Assembly (NCBI RefSeq): GCF_964355755.1
Contig: NC_092675.1
Location: 18,448,912 to 18,512,911, forward strand
Source of the DNA: Antedon mediterranea
Lineage: Eukaryota > Animalia > Echinodermata
Direction: 5' to 3'
Length of the DNA: 64,000 nucleotides
A program made the position numbers and the translations under genes. Within the stretch, counting starts at the first letter, position 1. Each line of letters opens with the position of its first letter. This document shows positions 61,371 through 64,000 of this stretch, piece by piece. The notes beneath the pieces were generated by a model that saw only the letters and a program-made list of their open reading frames with translations, did no database searches and was not told where the DNA came from.

Positions 61371-64000
61371 TTAATATGACAATTTATTGCACTTTATGAT
61401 TATCATAATACAAAACAACAACCCCACAGTATTGAAAAGTGTTGAAATCAAACACACATATAAAACGTTGCAACTATTAACTATATTATCTATATTGATA
61501 TATGCTTTTATATACAACTTATTATTATTGAATTGATCAACGTTTACACAACATTGATGTATTTTCAGATTGGCTAAAAAAAGATTCTAAAAGATTTTTT
61601 TATGTTAATACTGTATGAGAAGTGAACTTACGCAATAATCAATTTCGACACAAAAATGCCAAGAACTATGCCCTCTATATGGCAGGCTAATGACCAAACG
61701 TGAAGACATTTTCTAATTACATTAACGGTAACTAATCATATTATCAATTTGATCGATTGTATAGACTAATGAAAACAACTGGAAATGAGAGGAGAGTACT
61801 TGCTATATCTCCAAGCTATGCTAAACGTATAAGATACATCGTATGTAGGTTATTCATAAAACCCTGTATCATAGGAGCAGTTAGTCGAAGTAGACTCTAT
61901 AAAAAAGGCCTTGGAGAATAATTCTAAGCATGAAAAGAAAACTGACCCCAACCAAATCCATATTTTGCTCTGTCTTCTAGTAATTCTAGAAGATGCTAAA
62001 ACAAAAGTCAATCAAACATAATATCCTGAAAAAAATCAATTTAATTATGAGTAAGACAGCTGGCTTGCTCGTTTGAATGATGTCATCCGTATATTTCTAG
62101 AAGCAAGTCTCCATAAAATAATATGAAGATTGGTGATCTCTATACATTCATGTTCTCATTAAAATTCGGTAGCAACTCATATGCCTAACGTTCAGAGTGA
62201 CAAAGAAATTGTTCAAAATAACTAGATAAAATGTTTAAAGTATTTATTCGTTCAAAAAGAAACTTTACTATAAGTATTAAGTATAATTTAACATTTTTTG
62301 CAGTTTTGTCAAAATAGTTCTATTTTTAGAACTTTGCAATTGTCTGAGGGCGCTATAGAACATCGATAACAGTCACAATCAATATTAATTATTACACTCG
62401 ACAGACAAGCATACTGCTAACGGAGTATCAATTTACAAGTCCAAATATCCCCAGTATTTATTTTAAAATCGTGTTGAAGATCCGTATTGCCGTTCAATCC
62501 AGGGTCCTAAAACTCTGCTTATTACCATTATTTTAAAAACTGCCACTCTGTAGAAAACGCAGTAAATATAGGTTAAGTGACAGTGTTACCTCAGGAGGCC
62601 ATAACTATATATACACGAATATTGAATATTATTTAGTTATTACAATACCCACCTCGTTATGGATTAGTAGGACTTTGTCGGATTTGGAGAAGTTAACACT
62701 CAAATCGTAAAAATCACCAATTTTAATGTCGGTGTTAATAAAAGTTAGACGGACTTAACCGGAACATTGTACGTACAGTATGTACGGTAAGTTTGGGCAT
62801 ATATAAATTTAACTTAAATAATATAATTATAGAATTTCATTTTTATTCATTTTAGAAACCCCAGAATATCATACAGTTAAAAAGAATCTATGTTTTGAAT
62901 TTTGCATAGAACAGCCAACATCTCAGTGATTTTATAAAAATATACTTTCAATTGTATTGACCCTGATTTTAGATTAATTGAAATTATAATGTCTAATTAG
63001 TACGAAAGTTTTAGTTATAATATAATTTCATTGAAAAAGGTATGAGCCTATGCCTTTAATGATAAAATAATGATATCGTACGAAAGCGTCATAACGCCTC
63101 TTGTCAAAAAAGAGTCAATACAATAATGCAACGGTGCCTGAGGATGTAAACAAATGTTACTGCTCGTATAGCGATTATTCTTAATTACAACTTCACTAAT
63201 TTAGACCAATACTATGTTACTACTAAATCACACAAGTAGAAACTTGAATGTCCAAAGTAATTAGGACATAATAAACTGCAAATTGTAATCTTGATTCTAT
63301 ACTTATCGCACTGCAGTAACAATGAGAAAATATTGGAGGAACACAGCTGTATGTTAGTGCAACGTTATTTAGTGTCGATTTCTGCAAACAAACCGTGAAT
63401 CATTTATTATATTATCATTGAGCTAAATTTCTCACACGCTATGAATTAATTAGTAGCGATCAAATATATCAACCACTTACAAAAGGTATAAATGTAACGT
63501 GAAACTCATTATTGTGTTTGTTTTTTGCTGCACGTTTTTCCAATAAAGACCTAAATTTATTTGTAATGGGCGGCCTAGTAACTCAATTTAACAACTTAGT
63601 GTATTTTGCCACCGGTAGGTAAACTTTTATACGAGACATACATATGTTGGTTCAGATTACGTATAAATAAGAGTTACATAATTAAAATGCCTTGTATTAC
63701 ACTAATAAGTAAATGATTAGTTTATGCACAGTAATCGTTTTCTTATTAAAAACTTCAAATCTTCCTAATTCCAAAACATTTTGTTAATGACAGTCAATAA
63801 TATTGCATTCCTTAAGCCTTTTGTTTTAAACAAATATTTATCTAAGCTTAGATGTGTGTGTACAATGACTGTTAATGTATCTCAACGTATCGAAAAACAG
63901 CACTTTTTGTTTGTTTTTTAGGCCTACGATTTTTTTTTAATGCATTTCTACTCCATTCTTAAAAAATGTATGTGAGTGGTGTAATTAGTATTAATACTAG

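Noticed and set aside
56500-64000. Additional protein-coding gene
   Set aside because: Only short ORFs without motifs or a consistent exon chain; the region looks intergenic or intronic with TE relics.

Overview
AT-rich, intron-rich animal genomic DNA. A deuterostome invertebrate such as an echinoderm is inferred from the Deu/Nin-type SINE and gene style. Two complete minus-strand multi-exon genes can be spliced by hand with consistent phases: a nicotinic acetylcholine receptor alpha subunit (6 coding exons, 21205 to 4026, 483 aa) and CCAR1 (19 coding exons, 45848 to 25949, 1067 aa). The rest is mobile and repetitive DNA: a 5'-truncated Rex1/Babar LINE, tRNA-derived SINEs, a Helentron-like non-autonomous element, a 1.9-kb foldback element, several MITEs, and 17-bp and 68-bp tandem arrays. 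Most ORFs in the supplied track are artefacts of repeats or introns. Two observations stand out. (1) TA-flanked micro-motifs (TAGGCCTA, TACAGTA/TACTGTA, TACCGTA) are heavily over-represented, and comparing SINE copies suggests they are insertions at TA sites, i.e. candidate transposon excision scars. (2) CCAR1 has a probable GC splice donor followed by a stop-containing cassette or terminal exon, a candidate autoregulatory module. All counts and alignments were made by eye and need computational confirmation.
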